Of a stretch of DNA of 64,000 nucleotides, positions 38,952 through 49,799 are shown piece by piece. The position numbers and the translations under genes were made by a program. Position 1 is the first letter of the stretch. The number at the start of each line of letters is the position of its first letter. Location: assembly GCA_964016885.1 (NCBI GenBank), contig OZ024743.1:49166001-49230000 (forward strand), given 5' to 3'. A model generated the notes under the pieces. It saw only the letters and a program-made list of their open reading frames with translations, had not been told where the DNA came from and searched no databases. The stretch is from Eledone cirrhosa (taxonomy: Eukaryota).

Positions 38952-41096
38952 GTGTGGGTTGCCAGAGTAATGAGAGGGTAGTGTGATAGGGTGTGGGTTG
39001 CCAGAGTAATGAGAGGGTAGTGTGATAGTGTGGGTTGCCAGAGTAATGAGAGGGTAGTGTGATAGTGTGGGTTGCCAGAGTGATGAGAGGGTAGTGTGAT
39101 AGAGTGTGGGTTGCCAGAGTGATGAGAGGGTAGTGTGATAGAGTGTGGGTTGCCAGAGTAATGAGAGGGTAGTGTGATAGATTGTGGGTTGCCAGAGTAA
39201 TGAGAGGGTAGTGTGATAGATTGTGGGTTGCCAGAGTGATGAGAGGGTAGTGTGATAGATTGTGGGTTGCCAGAGTGATGAGAGGGTAGTGTGATAGATT
39301 GTGGGTTGCCAGAGTGATGAGAGGGTAGTGTGCTAGAGTGTGGGTTGGCAGAGTGATGAGAGGGTAGTGTGATAGATTGTGGGTTGCCAGAGTGATGAGA
39401 GGGTAGTGTGATAGAGTGTGGGTTGCCAGAGTGATGAGAGGGTAGTGTGATAGAGTGTGGGTTGTCAGAGTGATGAGAGGGTAGTGTGATAGATTGTGGG
39501 TTGCCAGAGTGATGAGAGGGTAGTGTGATAGATTGTGGGTTGCCAGAGTGATGAGAGGGTAGTGTGATAGAGTGTGGGTTGGCAGAGTGATGAGAGGGTA
39601 GTGTGATAGATTGTGGGTTGCCAGAGTGATGAGAGGGTAGTGTGATAGAGTGTGGGTTGGCAGAGTGATGAGAGGGTAGTGTGATAGATTGTGGGTTGCC
39701 AGAGTAATGAGAGGGTAGTGTGATAGAGTGTGGGTTGCCAGAGTGATGAGAGGGTAGTGTGCTAGAGTGGGGGTTGCCAGAGTAATGAGAGGGTAGTGTG
39801 ATAGATTGTGGGTTGCCAGAGTGATGAGAGGGTAGTGTGATAGATTGTGGGTTGCCAGAGTGATGAGAGGGTAGTGTGATAGAGTGGGGGTTGCCAGAGT
39901 AATGAGAGGGTAGTGTGATAGAGTGTGGGTTGCCAGAGTGATGAGAGGGTAGTGTGATAGATTGTGGGTTGCCAGAGTGATGAGAGGGTAGTGTGCTAGA
40001 GTGTGGGTTGGCAGAGTGATGAGAGGGTAGTGTGATAGAGTGGGGGTTGCCAGAGTAATGAGAGGGTAGTGTGATAGAGTGTGGGTTGCCAGAGTGATGA
40101 GAGGGTAGTGTGATAGATTGTGGGTTGCCAGAGTGATGAGAGGGTAGTGTGCTAGAGTGTGGGTTGGCAGAGTGATGAGAGGGTAGTGTGATAGATTGTG
40201 GGTTGCCAGAGTGATGAGAGGGTAGTGTGATAGATTGTGGGTTGCCAGAGTGATGAGAGGGTAGTGTGATAGAGTGTGGGTTGCCAGAGTGATGAGAGGG
40301 TAGTGTGATAGATTGTGGGTTGCCAGAGTGATGAGAGGGTAGTGTGATAGATTGTGGGTTGCCAGAGTGATGAGAGGGTAGTGTGATAGATTGTGGGTTG
40401 CCAGAGTGATGAGAGGGTAGTGTGATAGAGTGTGGGTTGCCAGAGTGATGAGAGGGTAGTGTGATAGATTGTGGGTTGCCAGAGTAATGAGAGGGTAGTG
40501 TGATAGAGTGGGGGTTGCCAGAGTGATGAGAGGGTAGTGTGATAGATTGTGGGTTGCCAGAGTGATGAGAGGGTAGTGTGATAGAGTGTGGGTTGCCAGA
40601 GTGATGAGAGGGTAGTGTGATAGTGTGGGGGTTGCCAGAGTAATGAGAGGGTAGTGTGATAGAGTGTGGGTTGCCAGAGTGATGAGAGGGTAGTGTGATA
40701 GAGTGGGGGTTGCCAGAGTAATGAGAGGGTAGTGTGATAGTGTGGGTTTCCAGATTAATGAGAGGGTAGTGTGATAGATTGTGGGTTGCCAGAGTGATGA
40801 GAGGGTAGTGTGATAGAGTGGGAGTTGCCAGAGTAATGAGAGGGTAGTGTGATAGAGTGGGGGTTGCCAGAGTGATGAGAGGGTAGTGTGATAGATTGTG
40901 GGTTGCCAGAGTGATGAGAGGGTAGTGTGATAGAGTGGGGGTTGCCAGAGTAATGAGAGGGTAGTGTGATAGAGTGGGGGTTGCCAGAGTAATGAGAGGG
41001 TAGTGTGATAGAGTGGGGGTTGCCAGAGTGATGAGAGGGTAGTGTGCTAGAGTGGGGGTTGCCAGAGTAATGAGAGGGTAGTGTGATAGAGTGGAG
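38952..41096. repeat. 39-bp G/T-rich minisatellite (VNTR), about 55 copies
   Basis: Unit gtgggttgccagagt(g/a)atgagagggtagtgtgataga(t/g)t. Confidence 0.97.
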
Positions 41097-41118
41097 GTAT
41101 ACAGGTCATATCTTTATG

Positions 41119-41190
41119 CTGGCGTTACACAATAATCGACAGTATATATATTTGCTAATATATATACTGTCGATTATTGTGTAACGCCAG
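41119..41190. repeat. Perfect 34-bp-arm palindrome with 4-nt loop
   Basis: ctggcgttacacaataatcgacagtatatatatt-tgct-aatatatatactgtcgattattgtgtaacgccag. Confidence 0.95.
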
Positions 41191-41871
41191 TTTCAGAGAA
41201 TCTATATAATCTTTTCTTCCGGACTTTTGAAATGTAACATAAACTGACTCTTTAGCAACACACTCATTACGTAAGAAATAATTTTACTGAAAGTTTTTAC
41301 TTATATTTAGTGAGATTTTCGTTATGGAAAAATTTACAAGAAACAACGCTCGAAAAAATATTCGAGTGAAAACAAGATTCGATTTGGATTTAGAAAGATC
41401 GGTTTGCACTATTGTTTAACCCTAAAGAAGTAGAACTAATTTTTAAGAGCATTCCAACCCATGATTTGTGCCATTAAAAAAATATTTAGTAAACGAAATC
41501 CTTTTATTAGACAAAGCAAGTGGATCATATCAATAAAAAAAAGAAAAAAAAAAAGAAAAGAAGACAGAGACTCCGTCAATTACACTTTATAAAAAAAAAT
41601 TGAGGAAACCCCAAACATTCCGCATTACCGTAAGTGATAGCGATACTGAGGCGCTGGAACAGCCAAGTACACTCACAAACATCAGGTGGTGTTGTACCTT
41701 GGACAATATTATTCACAGCCCTGTATTTTATAAAAGTCTGATATAGATTTGGGTGTTATTTATAGCAGGTCGAGCAGCCACGTAGAGATTTCCATAAGAT
41801 TCTATCGAGACTACTGACTACAGATTGGTGGTGGGGGTAGTTGCAGTGTATTTATTACGTTTGACAAGGTT

Positions 41872-41879
41872 TGACGTCA
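41872..41879. promoter_or_regulatory. Full palindromic cAMP response element (CRE) about 570 bp upstream of the PKA-RI ATG
   Basis: TGACGTCA; inverted CCAAT (gattgg) nearby at about 41823. Confidence 0.45.
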
Positions 41880-42339
41880 GTTTTCGTTGAAGACAGGGGG
41901 ATTAGATGGAGGAATTTATTCCAGAGTAATACTTGTTTCTACTTTTGGCACAAGGCCAAATATTACCCAGTACATTACTGGTACTTTATTTTATCGACCC
42001 CGTAAGGATGAAAGGCAAAGTTAACCTCGTTGAACTTTTTATCTATCACGGAGGAACGAAAGGCGAAGTCAATCACTTTGAAGGTTTCGACTTAGACTGT
42101 TGTTATAATAAATACTTATAATCATATAATTAGGCGCGCAACAGTTTCTGAAAAATTGTAGCCGGTGTTGTTAGAAGAAAATACGAAGTCTGTCGTTTGC
42201 CAGTTAACTCTACAGCTGCAACTAGTGGGATTTGACCGTGTATATATATATGTGCTGTCTATAAAGTAAGAGACATGTAAACACGGCATGTCAGTCCGAA
42301 AGTAACATCTGAACGAATTGCACCGAAAACTTGCTAACA

Positions 42340-42452
42340 GCAAAGTGCTGATTGGTTGCTTGTGACGAACCATTTTTAAAGTAATCCAACCGGAGGCGAG
42401 GTTGTATATGTTTCTTGGTGAAATCACATATGGTGTGCCAAGATGGCGGCCA
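42340..42452 (+). promoter_or_regulatory. Putative proximal promoter: inverted CCAAT box and YY1 motif overlapping the start codon
   Basis: ctgATTGGtt at about 42348-42357; ccAAGATGGCGGCc at 42438-42451; locally CpG-richer than flanks. Confidence 0.5.
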
Positions 42453-42607
42453 GTGCAGACGATGAACAGAGTCTCCGTGAGTGTGAAATCTATGTACAAC
42501 GACACAACATACAGCAAATTCTCAAGGATTGTATTGTACAGTTGTGTATCAGTCGGCCTGATAATCCAGTACCGTTTCTAAAGGATTATTTTGAAAAGTT
42601 AGAAAAG
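42443..42607 (+). CDS. PRKAR1: cAMP-dependent protein kinase type I regulatory subunit, first coding exon (RIIa-type dimerisation/docking domain); remainder of the gene not found in the window
   Basis: [55 protein letters not shown] closely resembles the RI-alpha N-terminus (SLRECELYVQKHNIQ.LLKD.IVQLC..RP..P..FL..YFE.LEK); 55 codons ending at a perfect donor AAG|GTAAGT; Cys14/Cys35 spacing as in RI. Confidence 0.96.
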
Positions 42608-44179
42608 GTAAGTCGTTATTGTATTTTGCTGTTGCTGATCTTATTACATTCATCTGAGTGTGTATATGTATGTGATGATGAGATGAAGAATCGAAACCAT
42701 TCTCTTTGACTTTATAACTTGATAAATGTGCTCTGACAGATGAAATACGAGAATGTTTGTCCAGTTCAAACTGTCAAAGTTCAACAGAGAGAAGTTCGTT
42801 TTAGCAGTTCTCTGTATAGTGTTGAGAGAGTGGTGTGGTCATGTTGAATTGATCATAATCTCACTCTCCTCTTTTCACTCAAATATTTGAACATTTTATG
42901 ATTGTTTGTTCCATGCATGCTGCCGTTACTGTTATTGTTCCTTTCTTCTGTCTTGTCATGCTTAATAAGCTCCCCTTTTTTTTAATTAAAAAAGGGAGTT
43001 TAATATTGTTTACGGCCCTTTTAATATCCTAGTCTTTCTGAGATAGTCAGGCATGAAGAGGGTGAAGTAGAAAGAAAGAGATAAAGAGGAAGCATTTTTG
43101 TGTATCATAGATAGATATAGAGAAATAATTTGTGTGAAAGATAGATATAGAGAAAGTGTGAAAGATATAGGGAAAGTGTCTGAAAGAGAAGGGGGTTGTA
43201 TGAAAGATAAAGTTGGTTGTGATAGAGAGGAAGGGTTTGTGTGAGAGGTGGATTTAGAGAAAAAGTTTGTGCGAGATAAAGTGAAAGAGAGAGAATATAC
43301 AAAGAAGGATAAGTTGGTGTAAAACCACTTTGTTTACTTTTCACAGCGAAGACCACCCCACTTCCTCCTTGTTACTTTCTCTTCTGTCTATAATAGGAAA
43401 TTGTTTCAAGTTTTTTCTTTTGCTTTTTGCAAATGACCGAAAACACGCGTGTTGGGTAAAAGGCTGAAGGAATGGGGGAATTTGTTGATCTGAAAAAAAT
43501 CTGATCTTAGATATTTCTCACTTTTGATAGAACAAAAGTGAGAGTACTCTAAATTTGTCTGTTACTCTCTGTCCTTTCCGTAGTCTATCCATCACTTTTG
43601 CTGTGTGGTCACACACCAGTGGACAGGCTATTCACGTTGTAATACCAGTAATATATGCAGGCTGAGTCATTCGACTTTGCCCCCGTCCCCTATAAAATTG
43701 GCGCCGTGCCCATGTAAACTATCTTAAGTAGAGCAGCCAACTTAACAGATCATATTACCTCAGTTCCACCTGAAATTCACCCAAACTGTCTACACTGCTT
43801 GAGAGGAGCATTTTTCTTCTTTTTTTAAATCTCATCCATCTCAAATTATTTTTATCTCTATATCTGTCTTTATGGTATATTTTCAATAGGGAATATATTT
43901 TGATAAAGCTAACACATATCTATCTGTATTTGTACGCAGAGTTAAGAGGATGGACTAGAGGGTTTGTGAGTGTGTGTGAAATATATAGAAAGAGAGAGAA
44001 AGAAAGAAAGAGTTTTTTTATATTAAAAAGATGATCTCTAAAATAGTGAAGATGGAAATAGAAATCAGAAGGAAACTTAGAGAATTTCTAATGTAATTTC
44101 CACTGGAGTCATATTTCTCATGAATATATCTTTGATAAAATATTTTGAAGACCATATATTTACACACCTTTCAAGATGA

Positions 44180-44345
44180 ACCATTAATGTCTTAACAGTG
44201 CTCATGATATGTGCTGTAAACGATTAATATTTTAACAGTACTCATATATGCTACATGCCATTAATATTTTAACAGTACTCATATGTGCTGCAGGCCATTA
44301 ATATTTTCGCAGTACTCATATGTGCCACAAGCCATTAATGTTTTA
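44180..44345. repeat. Degenerate about 38-bp tandem repeat
   Basis: ccattaatattttaacagtactcatatgtgc.. repeated about 4.5 times. Confidence 0.75.
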
Positions 44346-47300
44346 AGTGTCCGTAAGTATCAACCTCAAGTTGCTTAAGCAAGATACTGTTTAGTCATCG
44401 TCATCATTTTTTTGTGTCCGTTTTCCATGCGTGCATGGGTTGGTCAGCTCTTTACAGGCTCTTTCCCCTTATTGTATTCATTCATCATCTCTGTAAAGTT
44501 CATCATATTGAGATTCGCTCCTACCATCTCTGCCCAGCTCTTGGAGTCACTATTTCATTTTTATATCAAATAATCCCCAATTGCATCTTCTCATGCTCTT
44601 CTTTTCTTTTATTGCTTTCAGTCATTGGACTGCAGTCATGTTCAATGGTTTGGTGGACCATATCAACCCCACTACTTATTTAAAAAAAATCTGCTGGGTC
44701 TTTCATCAATCTCTATTTGTCAAACTGCTAAGTTACTTAACATAAACAAACAGCAGTATAGTGGTGTAGACATAAACACAAACATACACATATATGTATA
44801 TATGCATAGTTACTGGCTGCCATGTCTCACACATAAAGCATGATTTCAGAGTGATTTGGATCTATTTGAAGTTTTTCAATAAGATTCCTTTGTTGAATCC
44901 TTACAGTATTACAGATTAACTCTCTGCAGAATGATCACATTCAACAAACTTTCTTTTCTAAAAGAGTGATTATGCTGATCTTGACATGTACATCAAATGG
45001 ATCATTGAAGGTTTCCACACAGATGGTTATTTACACATCTCTGGCAACATGTTAGCAACATAACAGGGCATTGAAGATTGAGGTAAAACAATCTGTAGAA
45101 ATTAAAGATAACCATTAACAAGAACAGCAGATGTGGAAAGAAATGGGTGATTACAATCTAAGTAGTGGAGGTGGACCAGAAGGAACACAACACTGTAAGA
45201 TCACTCTCTGTCTAAAGGATGGTGAAGGAACTAGACATGGCATGTGTATGCATGCGCACACACACACAGCCTAACTGCAACATCAGGATCAACAGATCTG
45301 GTGGATCAGGACTAAGATAGTGTAAACAATAACTTCATGTTTTTGAAGTACTTAGGCAGAAAATTGGTAGTCATTAAAGTGTAGTAAAAAGGCCTTGTGG
45401 TTTTTATTCTGGCATTCTGTCCTCAGAGTTCAAATCCCATCTTTTTGGGATCAATAAAATATAATACCTGTTCAGAGTGGAAATCTAGTGGGATTGTTAG
45501 AATATAGGATTAGATGCCTTATGCTATTTGATCTAGCTTTTTGCATTCAAATTTTGCCATGGCCTATTTGGATGGTAAACTTAATGTGTTGCCATGTTTA
45601 ATACCACCACATGGTTTCTGGGTGTCTTTAGCAGAGTTCACTCTATTGCAAGCATTTGGACCACATTTCCAGTTTGAGGATACTTTTTCCCTCCATCTCA
45701 GTAGTTTCAGAATGATCATGGGTATTTCCATTTCCTCCCTGATTATGTAGAAAAAGAAAAAAAATAGTAAAATTCCTAAGACACTAACTATGCAGTTTGA
45801 ATTATTTTCTTTGGGGATGCTTCAGATGTCCTTTGGTGTCAGCTGGATCAAGAAAGTGACTAACGAGTAACTCTGTCAACCTCTGTCAGTTGAGCAACAA
45901 GATAGCAGGAAACCTTCAGCAGCTTGCCAGGTATTGTCTAAAACACTCAGAGATGCCCACCAGCCACATCATCATCCGAGAGCCAGTCCATGGTTGAATG
46001 AACTGTGGGCATACTTCTAAGACTGATGAAGAACAATAATAGTGTTGTGACTATTGATGATGGGATGGCATATGTTGCACATCTTACTCAAATGCAAGTT
46101 ATAAGCAATAGATGATGATGACAATGATTCTAGCTTAAAAAAGATTTTGTTAACTAAAGCCAAAACAGGTGAAACAATTTTGCTTTTGATGTGTTTTAGT
46201 TGTTAATTCTCTGCAAGTAACTCTACCATGTCATTTCTTTGGAATTCAATTTATTTTACTAGTTGGAGTATTTCAAACGAAACAGGTGTGTGTGTTTTAC
46301 ATAAGTGTTATAGCTTTTAAACTGAAGCAATTCTAGAAATTGTGCTTTAGTTAGAGAAGGTTGAATTCCTGGAGAACAACTTTACAAAACTAAATAGCAT
46401 TAATCTAAGGTAGGAAATTGGCAATGTCATTAGTGTGTTGGATAGAATGTTTTGTGGTATTTGTTGCAGCTCTCTGTCCTCTGAGTTTAAATCCTACTGA
46501 GATCAACTTTCATCCCTTCAGGGTTGATAAAGTTCCAATTGAGTACTGGAGTCAATTCTTCTCCCTTTCTATCTTTCTCTCTGGAAGAAATCGGCTGTGG
46601 TCAGAGCTGGAGAAAGATGGGCTCCACCAGATTCTAAACACGCAAGTTTGCTGTATTTCATGCCCTCATGACTCTTTCTGTAGTTGAGGGCTCAAGGACA
46701 AAAGGTACATTAAATTATACCTAGAGTAGTGAAGTTGTTACAATGTTTCTGAATTTAAATTTAGCTGAAAGGCTATGATCAAAATGTTAGTCTCTACTTC
46801 ATCTCACAGCACACCAATGCATACCTTGAGCCAACAGGAGGGGGGTTCTATGTCAGTGATGAATCTATATTATGTGTGCCAAGGGTAGCATTCCCAAAAA
46901 ATTTCTTGACATGTGGGGGAGGAATATAATTTTTTGATAGTGATTATATTAAAAAAAAAGGCCAATCTTTAATTTATGAGCTGACACCTCATGAGTGGGT
47001 ACATGGACTTAAAAAGAAAATAAATAAAATTGTTTGTAAACAGTGACCATTTGGTGACAGTGACAGCATCAATATGTGTGTTACTTTGATCTCTGAGTTT
47101 ACTGGTTATATAACATATGTTTTTGTTTATATTTCATATGTCTCCCATCTTCAAGAATTCAGTATTGTTGTTTTGGTGTCACAGATAATTATTTTTAACC
47201 TTTACCTGGTCATTTAGAGAAGATAAATGAAATTGGTATAAATGTTATCAGACAGATCACCTGGTAGATTAAGTAGTTCTACAATAAAGGAAATACCTTG

Positions 47301-47453
47301 AATGGAGGAAACTGGTCTAGATTTGTGTTGGTAAATCCCAAAAGAAATAGTGTCAGTATAGAGTTACAAACAGGGCCATATGTGTACCAATCATTTATTT
47401 TGTTTGAGAATAGCCTTGCTGTTCCATAAATTGCTACATACAATGACACTATA

Positions 47454-47789
47454 TATCATCATCATCATTTCATTTTACGTCCGCTTTTTCCCTGCTTGCA
47501 AGGGTGGGACGGGAACTGATTTTGGCTTGATTTCTACAGCTGGATGCCCTTCCTAACACCAACCTCATTTACAGTGAGTGCTGGGTGCTTTTTTGCCGTG
47601 GCACCTCCACGACCGCTTTGCAGTGGAATGATAGGGACCCCAGTCCCTATCATCTCATTTCTACAGCTGAGTAAACTGGAGCAATGTGAAATAAAGTGTC
47701 TTGCTCAAGGAAACAACACATCACCCAGTCTGAACTCACAACCTTTTGATTGCAAGGCCAATGCTCTAACCACTCAGCCACGTGCCATA
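47454..47789 (-). mobile_element. Full-length tRNA-derived CORE-type SINE (antisense in intron)
   Basis: Reverse complement of 47799-48140. Confidence 0.9.
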
Positions 47790-47798
47790 TATATATAT

Positions 47799-48140
47799 GG
47801 AGGCACATGGCTTAGTGGTTAGAGCATTGGCCTTGCAATCGAAAGGTTGTGAGTTCAATTCTCAGACCGGGTGGTGTGTTGTTTCCTTGAGCAAGACACT
47901 TTATTTCAAATTGCTCCAGTTTACTCAGCTGTAGAAATGAGATGATAGGGACTGAGGTCCTTATCATTCCACTGCAAAGTGGTCGTGTAGGTGCCACGGC
48001 AAAAAAGCACCCAGCACTCACTGTAAATGAGGTTGGTGTTAGGAAGGGCATCCAGCTGTAGAAATCAAGCCAGAATCAGTTCCCGTCCCACCCTTGCAAG
48101 CAGGGAAAAGCGGACGTAAAATGAAATGATGAAATGATGA
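47799..48140 (+). mobile_element. Full-length tRNA-derived CORE-type SINE
   Basis: A box tggcttagtgg, B box gagttcaattc, CORE-like ccttgagcaagacactt, RTE-like tail ccacccttgcaagcagggaaaagcggacgtaaaatga. Confidence 0.9.
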
Positions 48141-48165
48141 TGATATATATATATATATATATATA

Positions 48166-48761
48166 CGGAAAAAATGAAACAAAATTTCATTTCTCACTCT
48201 TAGTACGGCTGTTACTTAAATATAATTATGTACACGTACATACATATATGTATACAGACGTACAGAAGTATGTATATATATATACATACATGCACACATA
48301 TATATATATGTACGTATGGATTCACCGAACATTTATTATAATGCTCGGTGTGTCTGTAAACAAACATCGTTGCTCATTTGTTCAACACTGACAAAGGAAC
48401 GCTGTACTAGTTTCGAGCTTATTAGCTATCTTCAGCAACGTATACCTTCCTGCCAGATGGTTGAACCTCTGAAAGTATATACTTTCCTTATGCATATTAA
48501 CGGCTGAGCAACCTAATTTGCATATTGAGTGAGTTAATCGGCCGGGGTACCGAAAACGATAAACGGAAAAAATGAAACGAAATTTCATTTCTCACTCTTA
48601 GTACGGCTGTTACTTAAATATAAGTATGTATAAGTACATACATATATGTATACAGACGTACAGTAGTATGTATATATATATACATACATGCACACATATA
48701 TACATATATATATGTGTGCATGTATGTATATATATCCATACGTACATATATATATGTGTGC

Positions 48762-48796
<35 letters not shown>

Positions 48797-48831
48797 CTAC
48801 TGTATGTCTGTATACATATATGTATGTACGT

Positions 48832-48870
<39 letters not shown>
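48166..48870 (-). mobile_element. Hammerhead-bearing element family A, second copy (about 400-bp unit, partial tandem repeat and short inversion)
   Basis: Direct repeat 'cggaaaaaatgaaac.aaatttcatttctcactcttagtacggctgttacttaaatataa' at about 48167 and 48564; colinear with 7481-7985. Confidence 0.8.
48400..48440 (-). ncRNA. Minimal type I hammerhead ribozyme (family A)
   Basis: Minus strand: CGUUG-CUGAAGA-uAGCU-aaua-AGCUc-GAAA-CUAG-UA-CAGCG; stem I middle pair is U-G here versus G-U in the other copies. Confidence 0.8.
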
Positions 48871-48873
<3 letters not shown>

Positions 48874-48876
48874 CGT

Positions 48877-48946
48877 CTCTATCTGGTGAACCATCCAGAC
48901 GTATATATTACTATCGTCTGTGATCCAGAAACCTTTGATAATGGAG
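48877..48946 (+). ncRNA. Decayed hammerhead-like motif between (TA)n tracts
   Basis: ctctat-CTGGTGA-accatcCAGACG...CGTCTGtgatcca-GAAA-cctttga-TA-atggag; one core substitution. Confidence 0.4.
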
Positions 48947-48974
48947 TAGTTATATTTTGTGTTCAATTTATAAT

Positions 48975-49008
<34 letters not shown>

Positions 49009-49040
49009 CAAATGGAAACTATATTTATAAAACCATATTT

Positions 49041-49103
49041 ATTTTATTATACATATTTCAAGAACACCACGTTAAGTTATGGTGTGCTTTCATCAGACAA
49101 AAT
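49041..49103 (-). ncRNA. Minimal type I hammerhead ribozyme (family B)
   Basis: Minus strand: AUUUUGU-CUGAUGA-aagcACACCA-uaacuuaacg-UGGUGUucuu-GAAA-UAUGUA-UA-AUAAAAU. Confidence 0.82.
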
Positions 49104-49193
49104 ACAATATAGATCAGTTTTATAAATAAATATTGACTACCCTTAAAAAATGCAACCATTACTGTTGGAAGCTCCCGAATAGTCTAATGAATT

Positions 49194-49256
49194 ATTTTGT
49201 CTGATGAAAGCACACCATAACTTAACGTGGTGTCCTTGAAATATGTATAATAAAAT
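49194..49256 (+). ncRNA. Minimal type I hammerhead ribozyme (family B), sense strand of the PKA-RI intron
   Basis: ATTTTGT-CTGATGA-AAGcACACCA-taacttaacg-TGGTGTcCTT-GAAA-TATGTA-TA-ATAAAAT. Confidence 0.85.
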
Positions 49257-49439
49257 AAATATCGTTTTATAAATATAGTTTCCATTTGTTAATATCGTAT
49301 GTTTACTCCAAATACTTGTTGAGTGCTTTATATCAGTTATAAAAATATTTGCTTGTTGTATCCCAACAATTTAAATAGAACTTTTGCATATATATATATA
49401 TATAAAAGTTTACATATATATATACATATATATACATAT

Positions 49440-49740
49440 ATGTGTTTTGCAACGGGTCACTTTGTGGCTCAATGAAAAATTAATAAATTAAATAATCAGT
49501 TTATTTTACACCTAATTCTGTTTAGTTGACTGTATCTGGGCGATTACGCTGTCGAAATATTCGATAAATATTCCGTTGCGGCCGACGCGAAGGGTTAGTT
49601 TTGGTTATTTGTCGGTGATTTCTTCATAGAAGCCTCATTCTTATAGCCTGGTCTATTCGATTTTTTTTATATAGTTAATTATGCTAATTTGGAGAGGAAA
49701 TGGTATATATTTTATCTTGTGATTCTATAGACATGTTTTA
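49440..49740. mobile_element. Unclassified (TA)n-flanked repeat; inverted homolog at about 52980-53230
   Basis: 'ttcttcatagaagcctcattcttatagcctggtcta' versus 'tagaccaggctataagaataaaaggcatctatgaagaa'. Confidence 0.6.

Positions 49741-49799
<59 letters not shown>

Larger units (their letters stand above)
49003..49387. mobile_element. Hammerhead-bearing fold-back element family B, embedded in (TA)n
   Basis: 49003-49105 is the reverse complement of 49192-49295; 49003-49183 is the reverse complement of about 57855-58037; one-sided tail to 49387 matches 58037-58128. Confidence 0.85.

Noticed and set aside
38952-41096. Telomeric or interstitial telomeric repeat
   Set aside because: G-rich, but the unit is 39 bp with no tandem TTAGGG
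42608-42709. C-terminal 33 aa of the 88-aa ORF 42443-42709
   Set aside because: Read-through past the GTAAGT donor at 42608; similarity to PKA-RI stops at LEK
47799-47870. tRNA gene
   Set aside because: A and B boxes are present but run into a CORE-like body and LINE-type tail; SINE head rather than a cloverleaf tRNA
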